Notes: a model not told the origin generated them from the sequence alone. DNA of 64,000 bases from an uncultured Alphaproteobacteria bacterium (GCA_944389535.1 CALXMS010000001.1:103202-167201), one strand, 5' to 3'. Positions 39,205-49,184 are shown, counted from the stretch's first letter. Numbers and translations are program-made.

Positions 39205-40226
39205 TTTTTACAAATCTTTATAAATCTACAAATTCTGCAACGTAAACAACGAGTACATTTTGTTGGCGGATTATCCAAAGCACCAATTTTTTCTAGTTCA
39301 CAAAAACGTTTACGTGCGGCTTCTAAGTCCGCGTTATTATCAAGATATTTTATTTTACGAAAAGCCCATTTTATAAAGAACCATTTAAATTTTCTTGTCC
39401 ACTGTTTCTTTTGATATTCTGTAGCTTTTTCTTTATATAATTTAAAAGCATTTTCTATACCATCACACAAACTGTGTAATATACGTAATTGCTTCGCAGA
39501 CAATACTATGCCGCCAAAATTAGGAACATAAAAATACAACGGCAAAGGCGCAATAGTTACTCGTGGATTTTTAAGCATAATTGCAGACCACCACGGGAAA
39601 TCTTCAAACAAAATTCCTTTTATAAACGGGGTATCTGCAATTAATTCACGCCTATATAAATTTTTCCACACTTGGCAATGTTTAATTAACCATTTACGTT
39701 TCGGATTAAACGCATTATGCGCACTTTCAGTAGCGTACGCATATACATCATCTGTAACTAATGTTTTTATATTTAACGGATCATATTTTTTATGTATTCG
39801 TGCCGGGACAACACTATCAGTATCCATACCTAGTTTATATCTTATCATTAATTGCGGACGATAAATTCTATCATACGTAAACGATACTATGTCAGACCCA
39901 TCACGAGTTGCTAAAAAATGAGAAATTTCCATAGTCTGCGGATGAATAAAATCATCGCTGTCTAAAAACAAAATAAAATCACCTTCTGCAACATGCATAC
40001 CGGCATTACGAGCATCTGATAAGCCACCATTTTCTTTCGTTACTATTTTAAACCTAGCGTCTTTTCTGGCATATTCTTTAAGTATAGCAGCGCTATTATC
40101 TGGACTTCCATCATTAACGCAAATGGCCTCCCAGTCAGAAAAAGTTTGATTTAAAACACTGTCTAAACATCTACGTAAATATTTTTCTACGTTGTATACA
40201 GGTATTATAACTGAAATAGACGGCAT
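39201..40226 (-). CDS. Glycosyltransferase family 2 with an unusual Cys/Arg-rich C-terminal tail
   Basis: Has the classic GT2 start SVIIPVYNVEKYLRRCLDSVLNQTF...NDGSPDNS...LDSDD (DxD). The tail is PPTKCTRCLRCRICRFIKICKK. Confidence 0.8.
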   Translation of the reverse strand: MPSISVIIPVYNVEKYLRRCLDSVLNQTFSDWEAICVNDGSPDNSAAILKEYARKDARFKIVTKENGGLSDARNAGMHVAEGDFILFLDSDDFIHPQTMEISHFLATRDGSDIVSFTYDRIYRPQLMIRYKLGMDTDSVVPARIHKKYDPLNIKTLVTDDVYAYATESAHNAFNPKRKWLIKHCQVWKNLYRRELIADTPFIKGILFEDFPWWSAIMLKNPRVTIAPLPLYFYVPNFGGIVLSAKQLRILHSLCDGIENAFKLYKEKATEYQKKQWTRKFKWFFIKWAFRKIKYLDNNADLEAARKRFCELEKIGALDNPPTKCTRCLRCRICRFIKICKK

Positions 40227-40243
40227 AAGATGTCCCCTAAGTT

Positions 40244-41152
40244 TTAGTTTTTATACATTTTATTTATCATAACATCAGCAAAACTTCCCTTTGGGGGATT
40301 CTTTGCTTGAGCATAAGTCGTTTTCTGAAAAAACGCCCCAGATGTTACTTCGTCAAAGGTTTTCTGATTAAACGGTTTATCTGCATACGACCACCACAGT
40401 GCATGTGTTGAATCTTGATCAATATGGGGCATTTGGGCAAAATATTTTTTTGCTCTTGGATCATTCATTACCAAGGTTTTAAATAATAATTGATGCATAA
40501 AATAATCAAAACTATGATTTTCATGTATCCAATAATCTAAAATCATCGCACGCCAAGCATCTAATAGATAAGCTCCTTTTCTTGCCCTAATGAAACAGTT
40601 CTGCATAAAGCTGTACGGACTTCCTACCTTTTTTCCTGCCATATATACAAAAAAATCCTCTTTTATAATCCAATCAGGAATAGAAGACGTGGCAAACCCT
40701 GTAGAATCCAACCATATCCCCCCATGTTCATACAATAGTTCTACACGACATATATCAGCAAAATGTGCGTTCTTTATTTTACCTTCACTACGTTTTTTCC
40801 AGATTATTTCTGGTAAAGTAATATATTCTTTCAACGTATTTTCATCTAATACAATTAATTCTTGCGTACAGTTTTTTCTAACACTACGAAAACACGCCTT
40901 GACCAAGTCAGGCGCGTTTTCTTCTCCTTGTAACCAGATCGTAAAAATCTTTTCGTTCTCATCATCTTTCTGAACAGGTCTTTCAACAACTGCGGCCGCA
41001 GCAGGTAAGTACCTTTTAAAATATCGCGGTATAGCCGTTGCTAAGACATCGCTACGAACTTCTCTACGTTTTTCTCGACCACGCCAAAACCAATTTAACA
41101 CATGTCCACGAATTATTACATCAGACATTGCGAAAAATCTTGCAATATTCAT
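40244..41152 (-). CDS. Capsular-polysaccharide-synthesis / DXD-sugar-binding glycosyltransferase (Caps_synth/Gly_transf_sug-like, GT32-type)
   Basis: IWLQGEENAP...ADICRVELLYEHGGIWLDSTGF matches the Gly_transf_sug/Caps_synth pattern (w.g.......y.sD..R..lLy.yGGiYlDtD). Confidence 0.55.
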   Translation of the reverse strand: MNIARFFAMSDVIIRGHVLNWFWRGREKRREVRSDVLATAIPRYFKRYLPAAAAVVERPVQKDDENEKIFTIWLQGEENAPDLVKACFRSVRKNCTQELIVLDENTLKEYITLPEIIWKKRSEGKIKNAHFADICRVELLYEHGGIWLDSTGFATSSIPDWIIKEDFFVYMAGKKVGSPYSFMQNCFIRARKGAYLLDAWRAMILDYWIHENHSFDYFMHQLLFKTLVMNDPRAKKYFAQMPHIDQDSTHALWWSYADKPFNQKTFDEVTSGAFFQKTTYAQAKNPPKGSFADVMINKMYKN

Positions 41153-41160
41153 AGTACCCC

Positions 41161-42231
41161 CTATTCTTGCACAACCTCATCTTCTTCAGCAGGACCAGTC
41201 GTCATTTCTTCTGCAATTCCCTGAGCTTTAGCCATAATTTTTTCTAACAATTCTTTTTGAACATCTTCATGTTCCTTTAACCATTGTCTTGCATTGGCCT
41301 CGCCCTGCCCCATACGTTCATCGTTATAGGAATAAAAACTACCCGCCTTTTCAATAAGGTCGTACTTTACACCCATATCTAAAATTTCGCTAATACGAGA
41401 AATTCCTTCGCCGTACATAATTTTAAAATCAACCGTACGGAAAGGTGGCGCAACTTTATTTTTTACAACCTTAACTCGTGTCTCATTTCCAACGATATTT
41501 TCTTTATCCTTAATCTGTCCTGTACGACGGATATCAAGACGTACAGAAGCATAAAACTTTAAAGCATTCCCACCCGATGTGGTTTCTGGATTACCAAACA
41601 TAACACCTATTTTCATACGGATTTGATTAATAAATATTAATAAGGTATTGCTACGCGATACAGAACCGGCCAATTTTTTTAAACTTTGTGACATAAGACG
41701 GGCAGTTGTACCGACAAACGAATCGCCGATATTTCCTTCTAATTCAGCTTTTGGAACCAGTGCTGCAACAGAATCAATTACTACCACGTCAACTGCACCC
41801 GACTTAATCAAAGTATCGGCAATTTCTAAGGCTTGTTCACCAGAATCGGGTTGAGATATAATTAAATTAGCGACATCTACCCCCAGTTTTTTTGCATAAC
41901 TTGGATCCAAAGCGTTTTCTGCATCTATGTAAGCACAGGTTCCGCCTTTTTTTTGCGCCTCTGCCACGGCATGTAACGCAAGCGTAGTTTTCCCAGAACT
42001 TTCGGGGCCATAAATTTCAACTATACGTCCACGCGGATATCCCCCTATTCCTAAAGCGATATCCAAACCCAAAGAACCTGACGAGATCGCCTCTATATTC
42101 TGTTGAGAGCCGTCCCCCATTTTCATAATTGCTTCTTTACCAAATTGCTTTTGAATTTGTGCCAACGCCGATTCCAGCGCCGGATTTTTTACTGCTCCTG
42201 CTGTTTCTTTTGCTACTTCTTTTTTTGCCAT
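41161..42231 (-). CDS. recA: Recombinase RecA
   Basis: The Walker A motif GPESSGKTT, the L1/L2 loops and the [22 protein letters not shown] segment are unmistakable. Length 356 aa. Confidence 0.95.
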   Translation of the reverse strand: MAKKEVAKETAGAVKNPALESALAQIQKQFGKEAIMKMGDGSQQNIEAISSGSLGLDIALGIGGYPRGRIVEIYGPESSGKTTLALHAVAEAQKKGGTCAYIDAENALDPSYAKKLGVDVANLIISQPDSGEQALEIADTLIKSGAVDVVVIDSVAALVPKAELEGNIGDSFVGTTARLMSQSLKKLAGSVSRSNTLLIFINQIRMKIGVMFGNPETTSGGNALKFYASVRLDIRRTGQIKDKENIVGNETRVKVVKNKVAPPFRTVDFKIMYGEGISRISEILDMGVKYDLIEKAGSFYSYNDERMGQGEANARQWLKEHEDVQKELLEKIMAKAQGIAEEMTTGPAEEDEVVQE

Positions 42232-42317
42232 AAAAATCCCCTTTTCTTATCAGGCAAATCATACAAATTATTTATAACACGCGCAATAAAATAAGAATTA
42301 TTGCAGGTGCGACAAAA

Positions 42318-43502
42318 TTACTTTTTGGCAAACACCAATAAAGCTGACAAACCTCCGATCAAAGCCGTTACAACCCATACAGCAGAAGTACCGCCAAATA
42401 TAGTTATACATGCAGCGCCTAATATTGGTGCAATTATATTAGGCAAATTGACACTTGTTCTAAACACACCGTAATACTTTGTTTGTTCTGATTTTTTTGC
42501 CGCATCAAAAAACAATAAATCATGTACAGATTCCATTAACGCACCAGACACTTGCCACATAACGAATATCGCCAACAAGGGATATCCTGTTACAAATGTT
42601 GCAAAAGCAGAAAAAACGGCGAACGAAGAAAAACCTATGAATAACCATTTTCTTTTACCGTAACGTCGAACAAGCTTTGCCATTATTTCTGACAATACCA
42701 AATAAGGAATAATACCAAGCGTTAAAACCCAACCCAAAACGTCTTTTGAAAAACCATTTTCTATAACGACGATCGGCACATATAAATATCTCATCGCCCG
42801 CAATGCATAATAGCCGAAATTTACAGCATATGCGCGCGGCATACCTTTCTTTTTAAAAAACGCCAATGTATTTTTCCATAAGAACCGAAAGGTTCTTCTT
42901 GGGCTGACTGGTTTTATTTGTTTATCTTCTTGAATAATTCTAAATAATTTGAATGCCATCCAACCAGCAAGATATATAAGTGCAGAAGCAAAAAAAGCAG
43001 CTCTATTATCAAATTGACTGGCCACCGCTACGGCTATCATCGGTGCAAACAAAGCACCAACGTTCATCCATAAATGATATCTAGAATTTAATCTGGCCAT
43101 ACCGATTTTTCCAGAGAAATCAGACATAAATAATGGTATAAGAACCCCGACAAGCGTTGCGGCAATTCCTGTGGTATAGTCTAATATGATAAAAGTACTT
43201 GGACGTATTGAAAAACTCATCATCGCATAACACACTGCCAGCATCAACATAGAAAAATAAAAAACGCGGACCTTTGAAAATCTACGAAATAATTCATTTG
43301 CGAACAAACCGACTATCATACAAAAAGCCGCATATATACCGACATAAATACCGACTGTTGCAGAACTCATAAAAATTTCTAACAACACAAGAGAGTATAC
43401 CGCATTATAAATACCATCTGCAAACCCGGTAAACAAACCTAGGTTTGCAAACGAAAACCCGCTAACACCGTTTTTTACAGAAATATATTTATCTTTTGCC
43501 AT
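42318..43502 (-). CDS. MFS transporter
   Basis: 394 aa with 12 predicted TMs and an MFS-like loop-2/3 motif region. Substrate unknown. Confidence 0.7.
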   Translation of the reverse strand: MAKDKYISVKNGVSGFSFANLGLFTGFADGIYNAVYSLVLLEIFMSSATVGIYVGIYAAFCMIVGLFANELFRRFSKVRVFYFSMLMLAVCYAMMSFSIRPSTFIILDYTTGIAATLVGVLIPLFMSDFSGKIGMARLNSRYHLWMNVGALFAPMIAVAVASQFDNRAAFFASALIYLAGWMAFKLFRIIQEDKQIKPVSPRRTFRFLWKNTLAFFKKKGMPRAYAVNFGYYALRAMRYLYVPIVVIENGFSKDVLGWVLTLGIIPYLVLSEIMAKLVRRYGKRKWLFIGFSSFAVFSAFATFVTGYPLLAIFVMWQVSGALMESVHDLLFFDAAKKSEQTKYYGVFRTSVNLPNIIAPILGAACITIFGGTSAVWVVTALIGGLSALLVFAKK

Positions 43503-43536
43503 ATCTTATATATTGTAACATAAAAATAGTTAAAAT

Positions 43537-43561
43537 AAAAATCCGCTATATGCGGATTTTT
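43537..43561 (-). terminator. Rho-independent terminator downstream of secB
   Basis: An AAATCCGC-atata-GCGGATTT hairpin is followed on the minus strand by TTATTTTAAC. Confidence 0.5.
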
Positions 43562-43574
43562 ATACTTATTTTTA

Positions 43575-44018
43575 TTACTTATTATTAGCAGGTGCTTGTT
43601 TTTGTCTGTCTTCATACAGTTTTTCAAAATCAACAGGTTGCATAACAAATGCAGGGAAACCTGATTCTGCTGTCATACGAGTAATTAAAGCGCGTACAGC
43701 CGGGAATAATAATGTCGGTACATTTATTAATAACGTACGTTTTTTTACTTCTTCGTCTTTTTCTTCTTCCATCTGTACCAAACCAGAATAAGTTGATTCA
43801 ATCATAAAAATAGATTTATCGCCATTATTTAATTTAGAATGAATTTTTGTAATTAAATCGACCATAAACAAATTATTTTCGGCGCCTTTGATCTGAATAT
43901 CTATATTTATTTCCATTTTTGCCTGTCCGTTATCATTTTTAAAAAACAATTCGGGAACATTGGGGCTTTCAAAAGAAAAATCTTTTAAGAACTGTGTAAT
44001 AATATTAAATTTTGCCAT
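43575..44018 (-). CDS. secB: Protein-export chaperone SecB
   Basis: 147 aa. The N-terminal FNIITQFLKDFSFESPNVPELF corresponds to the conserved SecB start (f.iqriY.KDiSFEaPnaP..F). The length and acidic C-terminus fit SecB. Confidence 0.7.
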   Translation of the reverse strand: MAKFNIITQFLKDFSFESPNVPELFFKNDNGQAKMEINIDIQIKGAENNLFMVDLITKIHSKLNNGDKSIFMIESTYSGLVQMEEEKDEEVKKRTLLINVPTLLFPAVRALITRMTAESGFPAFVMQPVDFEKLYEDRQKQAPANNK

Positions 44019-44101
44019 TGCGAATACTCCTTTTTTTGGGCGTCATTTTATGATAATATAACATTATAAATAAATTTTACAAGTGGGGGGAAATAATAAA
44101 A

Positions 44102-45205
44102 ATGTTGGGTTCTGTAAAACGGATTCTATTCCGCGTTTTAACTGGCGTATTATGTGCAGTAACATTATCTTCTTGTGACTTATCTACCCCAACCCACAGG
44201 GGTGATAATTCCGTGATACCATCAAATTTAAAAAAAGTATCCTATAATGACTTACCTGGATGGTATAATGACGATGTTCGTTATGCTTTACAAGCCTTTC
44301 GTAACTCTTGCAGGGCAAAAATACAATACACAGGAAAAGTAATTCCAGACCGTGAACTATTCCAAGAAAAATGTCGTATGCTGCCATCCGCATCTGCAGA
44401 TGTAGCAACTGTACGAGCATGGTTTGAATCTAACTTCCAACCGTATCAAATTTATAACGATGACGGTTCTAATAAAGGTTTATATACAGGCTACTATTCA
44501 CCTATAATTTCTGGCTGCAAGACTAAAACAGCCCAATGTAACGAACCTTTAATGGGGGTACCTACTGATGGCCGTAATTATAAAGGGGTGCCAAAAAAAC
44601 AGATTGTAGAACAACAAATTGGTCGCCCTTTATATTGGGCAAACATAGTAGATGTACAAAACATTCAAATCCAAGGCAGTGGCATGCTTCAGCTTGAAGA
44701 CGGTAAAATGGTAAAGTTAAACTTTGCCGCTGTAAATGATTTGCCTTTTAAATCTATTGGGGAACAGTTGCGCTCACGTGGTATAAGACCACCAAATGGT
44801 TACTCGGCAGACGCGGTATGGCAATATCTAAAGCAAAATCCGACCCTTGCAAAAGAAGTAATATATAACAACCCAAGGTATGTATATTTCTATGAGTCTG
44901 TACCACCTGATGTAATAGGAAAGCTTGGTACACCGTTATCAAAGATTCGTTCTATTGCAATGGATGACGACATATACACATTAGGCTTACCGGTTTACGT
45001 TGACACAAACCTATCCGACGGGCGTAGATTTAGCAGACTGATGATTGCGCAAGATACCGGCAGCGCGATTCGTGGTTGGATACGAGCAGATATATTCTTT
45101 GGCAAAGGTGACGAAGCCTATAAATTTGCCCACGGTCAGCACGCACAAGGAAAAATGTTTATTTTAATGCCGAAAGAATATACATATGTCAAACCAACCA
45201 AATAA
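44102..45205 (+). CDS. mltA: Membrane-bound lytic murein transglycosylase A (MltA, 3D domain)
   Basis: Lipoprotein-type signal (LCAVTLSSC). The MltA domain has C-terminal 3D-domain motifs (AQDTGSAIRGWIRADIFFGKGDEA). Confidence 0.85.
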   Translation: MLGSVKRILFRVLTGVLCAVTLSSCDLSTPTHRGDNSVIPSNLKKVSYNDLPGWYNDDVRYALQAFRNSCRAKIQYTGKVIPDRELFQEKCRMLPSASADVATVRAWFESNFQPYQIYNDDGSNKGLYTGYYSPIISGCKTKTAQCNEPLMGVPTDGRNYKGVPKKQIVEQQIGRPLYWANIVDVQNIQIQGSGMLQLEDGKMVKLNFAAVNDLPFKSIGEQLRSRGIRPPNGYSADAVWQYLKQNPTLAKEVIYNNPRYVYFYESVPPDVIGKLGTPLSKIRSIAMDDDIYTLGLPVYVDTNLSDGRRFSRLMIAQDTGSAIRGWIRADIFFGKGDEAYKFAHGQHAQGKMFILMPKEYTYVKPTK

Positions 45206-45515
45206 CTTAGACAAACGCTCTAAACGCCCTGTTACTATCGCCAGCGCTTTGGGGGATTTATTAAAATCGTTTGGTGTACGTGCGTCTGACGCGGATTTAG
45301 TAAAACGTTGGGATAAAATAATGGGGCCGGATATTGCAAATATAGCAAAAATTGTCGCCATAAAGAAAACGAAAGACGGCTATTTTAATATCACATTACG
45401 CCCGGAAAATCCCGCATTTACATTACAGCTATCATACATGTCTGATGAAATAAAGAAAAAGATAAACAAATACTTTGGACGTGATGCCGTTGCAAAAATA
45501 AGTTTCAGAAAATAA
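45186..45515 (+). CDS. DUF721/DciA-like protein (putative DnaC-independent helicase-loader family)
   Basis: 109 aa. ALGDLLKSFGVRASDADLVKRWDKIMGPDIANIAKIVAIKKTKDGYFNITLRPENPAFTLQLSYMSDEIKKKIN follows the DUF721 consensus (lgdiL..lg.....l...W.eivG..ia.ht.p..ik.g.L.v.v.ssaWaqeL.fl...il.kln). Overlaps the mltA stop. Confidence 0.55.
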   Translation: MSNQPNNLDKRSKRPVTIASALGDLLKSFGVRASDADLVKRWDKIMGPDIANIAKIVAIKKTKDGYFNITLRPENPAFTLQLSYMSDEIKKKINKYFGRDAVAKISFRK

Positions 45516-45517
45516 AA

Positions 45518-45542
45518 AAACCGGTATTTACCGGTTTTTTTA
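45518..45542. terminator. Bidirectional rho-independent terminator
   Basis: AAAAAAACCGGT-attt-ACCGGTTTTTTT. ACCGGT is self-complementary. A-run and T-run flank the stem. Confidence 0.55.
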
Positions 45543-45854
45543 CTTTGTAACCTTTCTTTCCCACCATATGGCAATAGCCGGTACCAAAAACATTATTACA
45601 CCTGCCAGTCCCCATAAAGCAAGAGTACCAACAACATATACATAAAACATAGGTGCCGAAACCCCAGTAATTAAAACACCAAGATACATAAGTTCCGGAA
45701 AAAAACTTAACAACCAAATAAACATAACAAATAAAGTATTTACACCAAAGGCACGAAACAATATACGTTGCTTGGATAATAACTTCATATCTTTTTTTGC
45801 AAGAATATCTTTTTTCATTTCCATACCCTTTTGTTTAATTATAACACAAAACAC
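45540..45854 (-). CDS. Small hypothetical inner-membrane protein (2-3 TM)
   Basis: 104 aa. Hydrophobic helices include NTLFVMFIWLLSFFP and VIMFLVPAIAIWW. No family assignment. Confidence 0.35.
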   Translation of the reverse strand: MFCVIIKQKGMEMKKDILAKKDMKLLSKQRILFRAFGVNTLFVMFIWLLSFFPELMYLGVLITGVSAPMFYVYVVGTLALWGLAGVIMFLVPAIAIWWERKVTK

Positions 45855-45860
45855 AAAATC

Positions 45861-46340
45861 TTAAAACCCGAATTTACTCATATTGGCATGCGCTAATGCA
45901 ATGGCTATCGCATCGCTTTCGTCCGCTGTCTTCGGATTAGCCATCGGTAACAAAATTTTTACCATTTTATATACTTGTTCTTTGTCCGCGTGTCCGGCTG
46001 AGGTTAATGCTTTTTTTATTTTATTCGGCTCATATTCAAAAATCGGAATATCTTTGTTTGCTACTGCCACAATTGCGGCTGCACGAGCATGTCCTAAAAT
46101 CAACGTAGTTTTTGGGTTTTTATTTACAAACGTAATTTCTATGCTGCACGCATCCGGACAAAATTTTTCACAAAGTTCCGTAACGCCACGAAAAATTTCC
46201 TTTAGACGCGCTGGTAAAGATAAAGACGTTTTCGGCAAAATTACCCCGCTATCGACATAACGTCGTTCAGAACCTTTCGTATCAATTATAGCCCACCCTG
46301 TATGTAATAACCCTGGGTCAATTCCAAGAATCCTAGTCAT
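45861..46340 (-). CDS. ruvC: Crossover junction endodeoxyribonuclease RuvC
   Basis: ILGIDPGLLHTGWAIID is the RuvC N-terminal catalytic-Asp motif. The track ORF starts 11 codons upstream. MTRILGID (ATG at 46340) is the conserved start. Confidence 0.9.
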   Translation of the reverse strand: MTRILGIDPGLLHTGWAIIDTKGSERRYVDSGVILPKTSLSLPARLKEIFRGVTELCEKFCPDACSIEITFVNKNPKTTLILGHARAAAIVAVANKDIPIFEYEPNKIKKALTSAGHADKEQVYKMVKILLPMANPKTADESDAIAIALAHANMSKFGF

Positions 46341-46419
46341 AACACATAACCTTATACATATAATATATAACAAAAAGTGCCGCTAATGCGACACTTTTTA
46401 TTTTTATATTCTCATCATT

Positions 46420-47136
46420 TTATGCAGCCGCTGTAAAAACTTTTTGCACATCATCATTATCATCCAAAGCATCTACCAGTTTTTCAACTTTTGCATACGT
46501 CTCGTCGTCTAAATCCATTGGCATGTTTGGAATCCATGTTAATTCGGCACTTTCTGGTTCTCCAAGTTTATCGGACAAGATTTTTTGAACGGTCATAAAA
46601 TCGTCTGGCTTTGTGGTAACTATAAAGCCTTCTTCAGATGTTTCTAAGTTATCGGCATTAGCCTCCATTATGATTTCCATCATTTCATCTTCAGTTTTAC
46701 CGATAGATGCAGGATAGAAAATCTGGCCAGCACGAGTAAACATGAATACAACGCTGCCCTCTTCCCCCATATTTCCACCGTTTTTAGCAAATATATTACG
46801 AACTTCCGGAACTGTACGGCGCGGATTATCAGTCAAAGCTTCAACAATGACAGGTACAGCACCCGGGCCATAACCTTCATAACGAACAGCTACATAATTT
46901 TCTGTATTTGCACCAGACGCCTTTTCGATTGCACGTTTTATGTTGTCATTCGGCATAGAATTTTTACGTGCATTTAAAACCGCTAAGCGTAACCGAGGAT
47001 TATTATCTGGATTTTTATCGCCCAGTTTTGCCGCCATCGTTATTTCTCGCGCAAGTTTTGTGAACAAACCGCTGCGCGCTGCATCAACCGCTCCCTTCTT
47101 ATGCTGGATGTTATGCCATTTACTATGTCCACTCAT
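46420..47136 (-). CDS. yebC: YebC/PmpR-family DNA-binding transcriptional regulator
   Basis: MSGHSKWHNIQHKKGAVDAARSGLFTKLAREI is the near-invariant YebC N-terminus. Length 238 aa. Confidence 0.9.
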   Translation of the reverse strand: MSGHSKWHNIQHKKGAVDAARSGLFTKLAREITMAAKLGDKNPDNNPRLRLAVLNARKNSMPNDNIKRAIEKASGANTENYVAVRYEGYGPGAVPVIVEALTDNPRRTVPEVRNIFAKNGGNMGEEGSVVFMFTRAGQIFYPASIGKTEDEMMEIIMEANADNLETSEEGFIVTTKPDDFMTVQKILSDKLGEPESAELTWIPNMPMDLDDETYAKVEKLVDALDDNDDVQKVFTAAA

Positions 47137-47186
47137 ATTTGACCTTTTACTTTTATTTGATTAAAATTACGTCAAAAGGATAACAA

Positions 47187-47765
47187 ATGATTGGAAAATT
47201 GCAAGGCATAGTTGATTACGTTGGCGACGGTTTTATAATATTGATGGTACACGATGTTGGTTACAAAGTTTTTACCCCGGAATACCTGACGCCAAAGTCC
47301 ACGGTGTCTTTATGGATAGAAACTGTGGTTCGCGAAGATTCCATACGCCTATTTGGGTTTTCGTCTATTGCTGCACAAAATCTGTTTATACAGCTAAACG
47401 GCGTATCTGGGGTTGGGCCTAAGGTAGCTCTTGCAATAATGGGTACAATAAAAACTGATACATTACTATCCGCAATTGCAACTGGTGACGCCAAAACAAT
47501 TGCAACGGCACCAGGTGTCGGAAAAAAAGTTGCGGAAAAAATCATACTAGAATTAAAGAATAAAATCGGGGGAACGTCTTTCGAATTTGCCACATCCGAC
47601 AATGACAGTAACAGCCTGTCAGATTTACTGTCTGCATTGGAATCGTTGGGTTACAGAAGACTAGATATAATTGATATGGCACAAAAATTGGTAAAAGAAA
47701 ATCCATCGGCAGACGTTACAAAATTAGTACCAATGGCATTAAAAGAAATCAGTGGGAACAAGTAA
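47187..47765 (+). CDS. ruvA: Holliday junction DNA helicase subunit RuvA
   Basis: MIGKLQGIVDYVGDGFIILMVHDVGYKVF is the RuvA domain I start. Helix-hairpin-helix motifs are present (GVGPKVALAIM, APGVGKKVAEKII), as is C-terminal domain III. Confidence 0.9.
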   Translation: MIGKLQGIVDYVGDGFIILMVHDVGYKVFTPEYLTPKSTVSLWIETVVREDSIRLFGFSSIAAQNLFIQLNGVSGVGPKVALAIMGTIKTDTLLSAIATGDAKTIATAPGVGKKVAEKIILELKNKIGGTSFEFATSDNDSNSLSDLLSALESLGYRRLDIIDMAQKLVKENPSADVTKLVPMALKEISGNK

Positions 47766-49072
47766 TGAATAATAAAGAAACTATTTTCGCCCTGTCCAGC
47801 GGGTACGGTAAAGCGGGTGTCGCGGTAATACGTATATCAGGCGATAATTTATATAATTTATTTTTAAAAATAACTAACCGTAAATCCGCCGATGCCCGAC
47901 ATGCATATTTTGCTAATATACGAGATACCGACAACAGTATAATTGATCAAATTATTGGAACTTATTTTGCTGCTCCGGCCTCTTTTACTGGAACAGACAT
48001 GATTGAGATTTATTCCCATGGGGCTTCTGCAGTAATTGATAAAATATTTGAATATTTATACTCAACTGGCGCTCGCATGGCGGAACCGGGAGAATTTTCC
48101 AAACGCGCTTTTTATAACGGAAAGATGAATTTAGCCGACATTGACGGCTTGGCAGCCCTGCTTGATGCACAAACAGATGCCCAGCGCAAAAGCGCTCTTA
48201 CATCTATGATGGGCGGCGACAGTAAAATATACGACGCATGGCGCAAACAGATGATAGAAATATCCGCATATGCGGCGGCTACTCTTGATTATTCCGAAGA
48301 TGAGTTACCAGCCAATATAGAAGAAACAATTCGTAAAAAAACGGAAAAATTATATAAAGAAATAAAAAACGCATTATCGCGCTATGCGGCAGTTCGTGCC
48401 ATACGCAACGGTTTTAATATAACACTCGCAGGTGATACAAACGTTGGAAAATCATCCTTATTTAACGCAATACTTGGTGCAAACCGTGCAATAGTTTCTG
48501 ATATACCAGGCACAACCAGAGACATCGTTTCTGCCTCCATGGATATCGGGGGATATTTAGTTAATTTATCTGATACGGCGGGGCTTCGCGATACTAAAGA
48601 TAAAATTGAAAAAATGGGGATAGAAAGAACACAATCAGAAATAGAAAATGCGAATTTAATTTTGCGGGTCTTAGACGGATCAAAAAAAATAAAAACACCT
48701 AAACTTTCAGATAATGAAATTTTAATAATAAATAAATCAGATCTGATAAAAAATAAGAATATACCTGATGCGATATATGTATCCGCAAAGAATGGTGAAG
48801 GAATAGACAAATTGCTAATCATTATAAAAGAAAAAATTATACACCTGACTGCAAATACAGAATCCATTGTGGCAGTAAACGCGCGTACACTTACCCTGCT
48901 GACCGATACCGCAACCGAATTAGAAAAAGCACTATCTGCCCCAGATGGAAATTATGATGTTTTTTCTGAACATACACGACATGCAGCCGATAATATTGGT
49001 AAAATCCTGGGAACAATTACCGCCAACGAAGTAATGGATGCAACATTTAATCAACTATGCTTAGGCAAATAA
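47765..49072 (+). CDS. mnmE: tRNA modification GTPase MnmE (TrmE)
   Basis: The G-domain has GDTNVGKSSLFNAIL and DTAGLR. The invariant C-terminal motif is CLGK. The start ATG overlaps the ruvA stop (TAATG). Confidence 0.9.
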   Translation: MNNKETIFALSSGYGKAGVAVIRISGDNLYNLFLKITNRKSADARHAYFANIRDTDNSIIDQIIGTYFAAPASFTGTDMIEIYSHGASAVIDKIFEYLYSTGARMAEPGEFSKRAFYNGKMNLADIDGLAALLDAQTDAQRKSALTSMMGGDSKIYDAWRKQMIEISAYAAATLDYSEDELPANIEETIRKKTEKLYKEIKNALSRYAAVRAIRNGFNITLAGDTNVGKSSLFNAILGANRAIVSDIPGTTRDIVSASMDIGGYLVNLSDTAGLRDTKDKIEKMGIERTQSEIENANLILRVLDGSKKIKTPKLSDNEILIINKSDLIKNKNIPDAIYVSAKNGEGIDKLLIIIKEKIIHLTANTESIVAVNARTLTLLTDTATELEKALSAPDGNYDVFSEHTRHAADNIGKILGTITANEVMDATFNQLCLGK

Positions 49073-49154
49073 AAAACTTTAACCTTTAAAAATAATAGAT
49101 TGTTTTTTCTGTTGTTTTTACACAGTTGATAAAGTAGTTTAACTATTTAAAAAT

Positions 49155-49184
49155 AAACCCGTCGGTATGACGGGTTTATTTATT
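49155..49184. terminator. Bidirectional terminator between convergent mnmE(+) and acyl-ligase(-) genes
   Basis: AAACCCGTC-ggtat-GACGGGTTT is a 9-bp stem followed by ATTTATTTAT. Confidence 0.5.

Noticed and set aside
42232-42317. LexA/SOS box upstream of recA
   Set aside because: No GAAC-N7-GTTC or GTTC-N7-GTTC alphaproteobacterial LexA-box pattern is present in the 86-nt recA upstream region. The region is only AT-rich.
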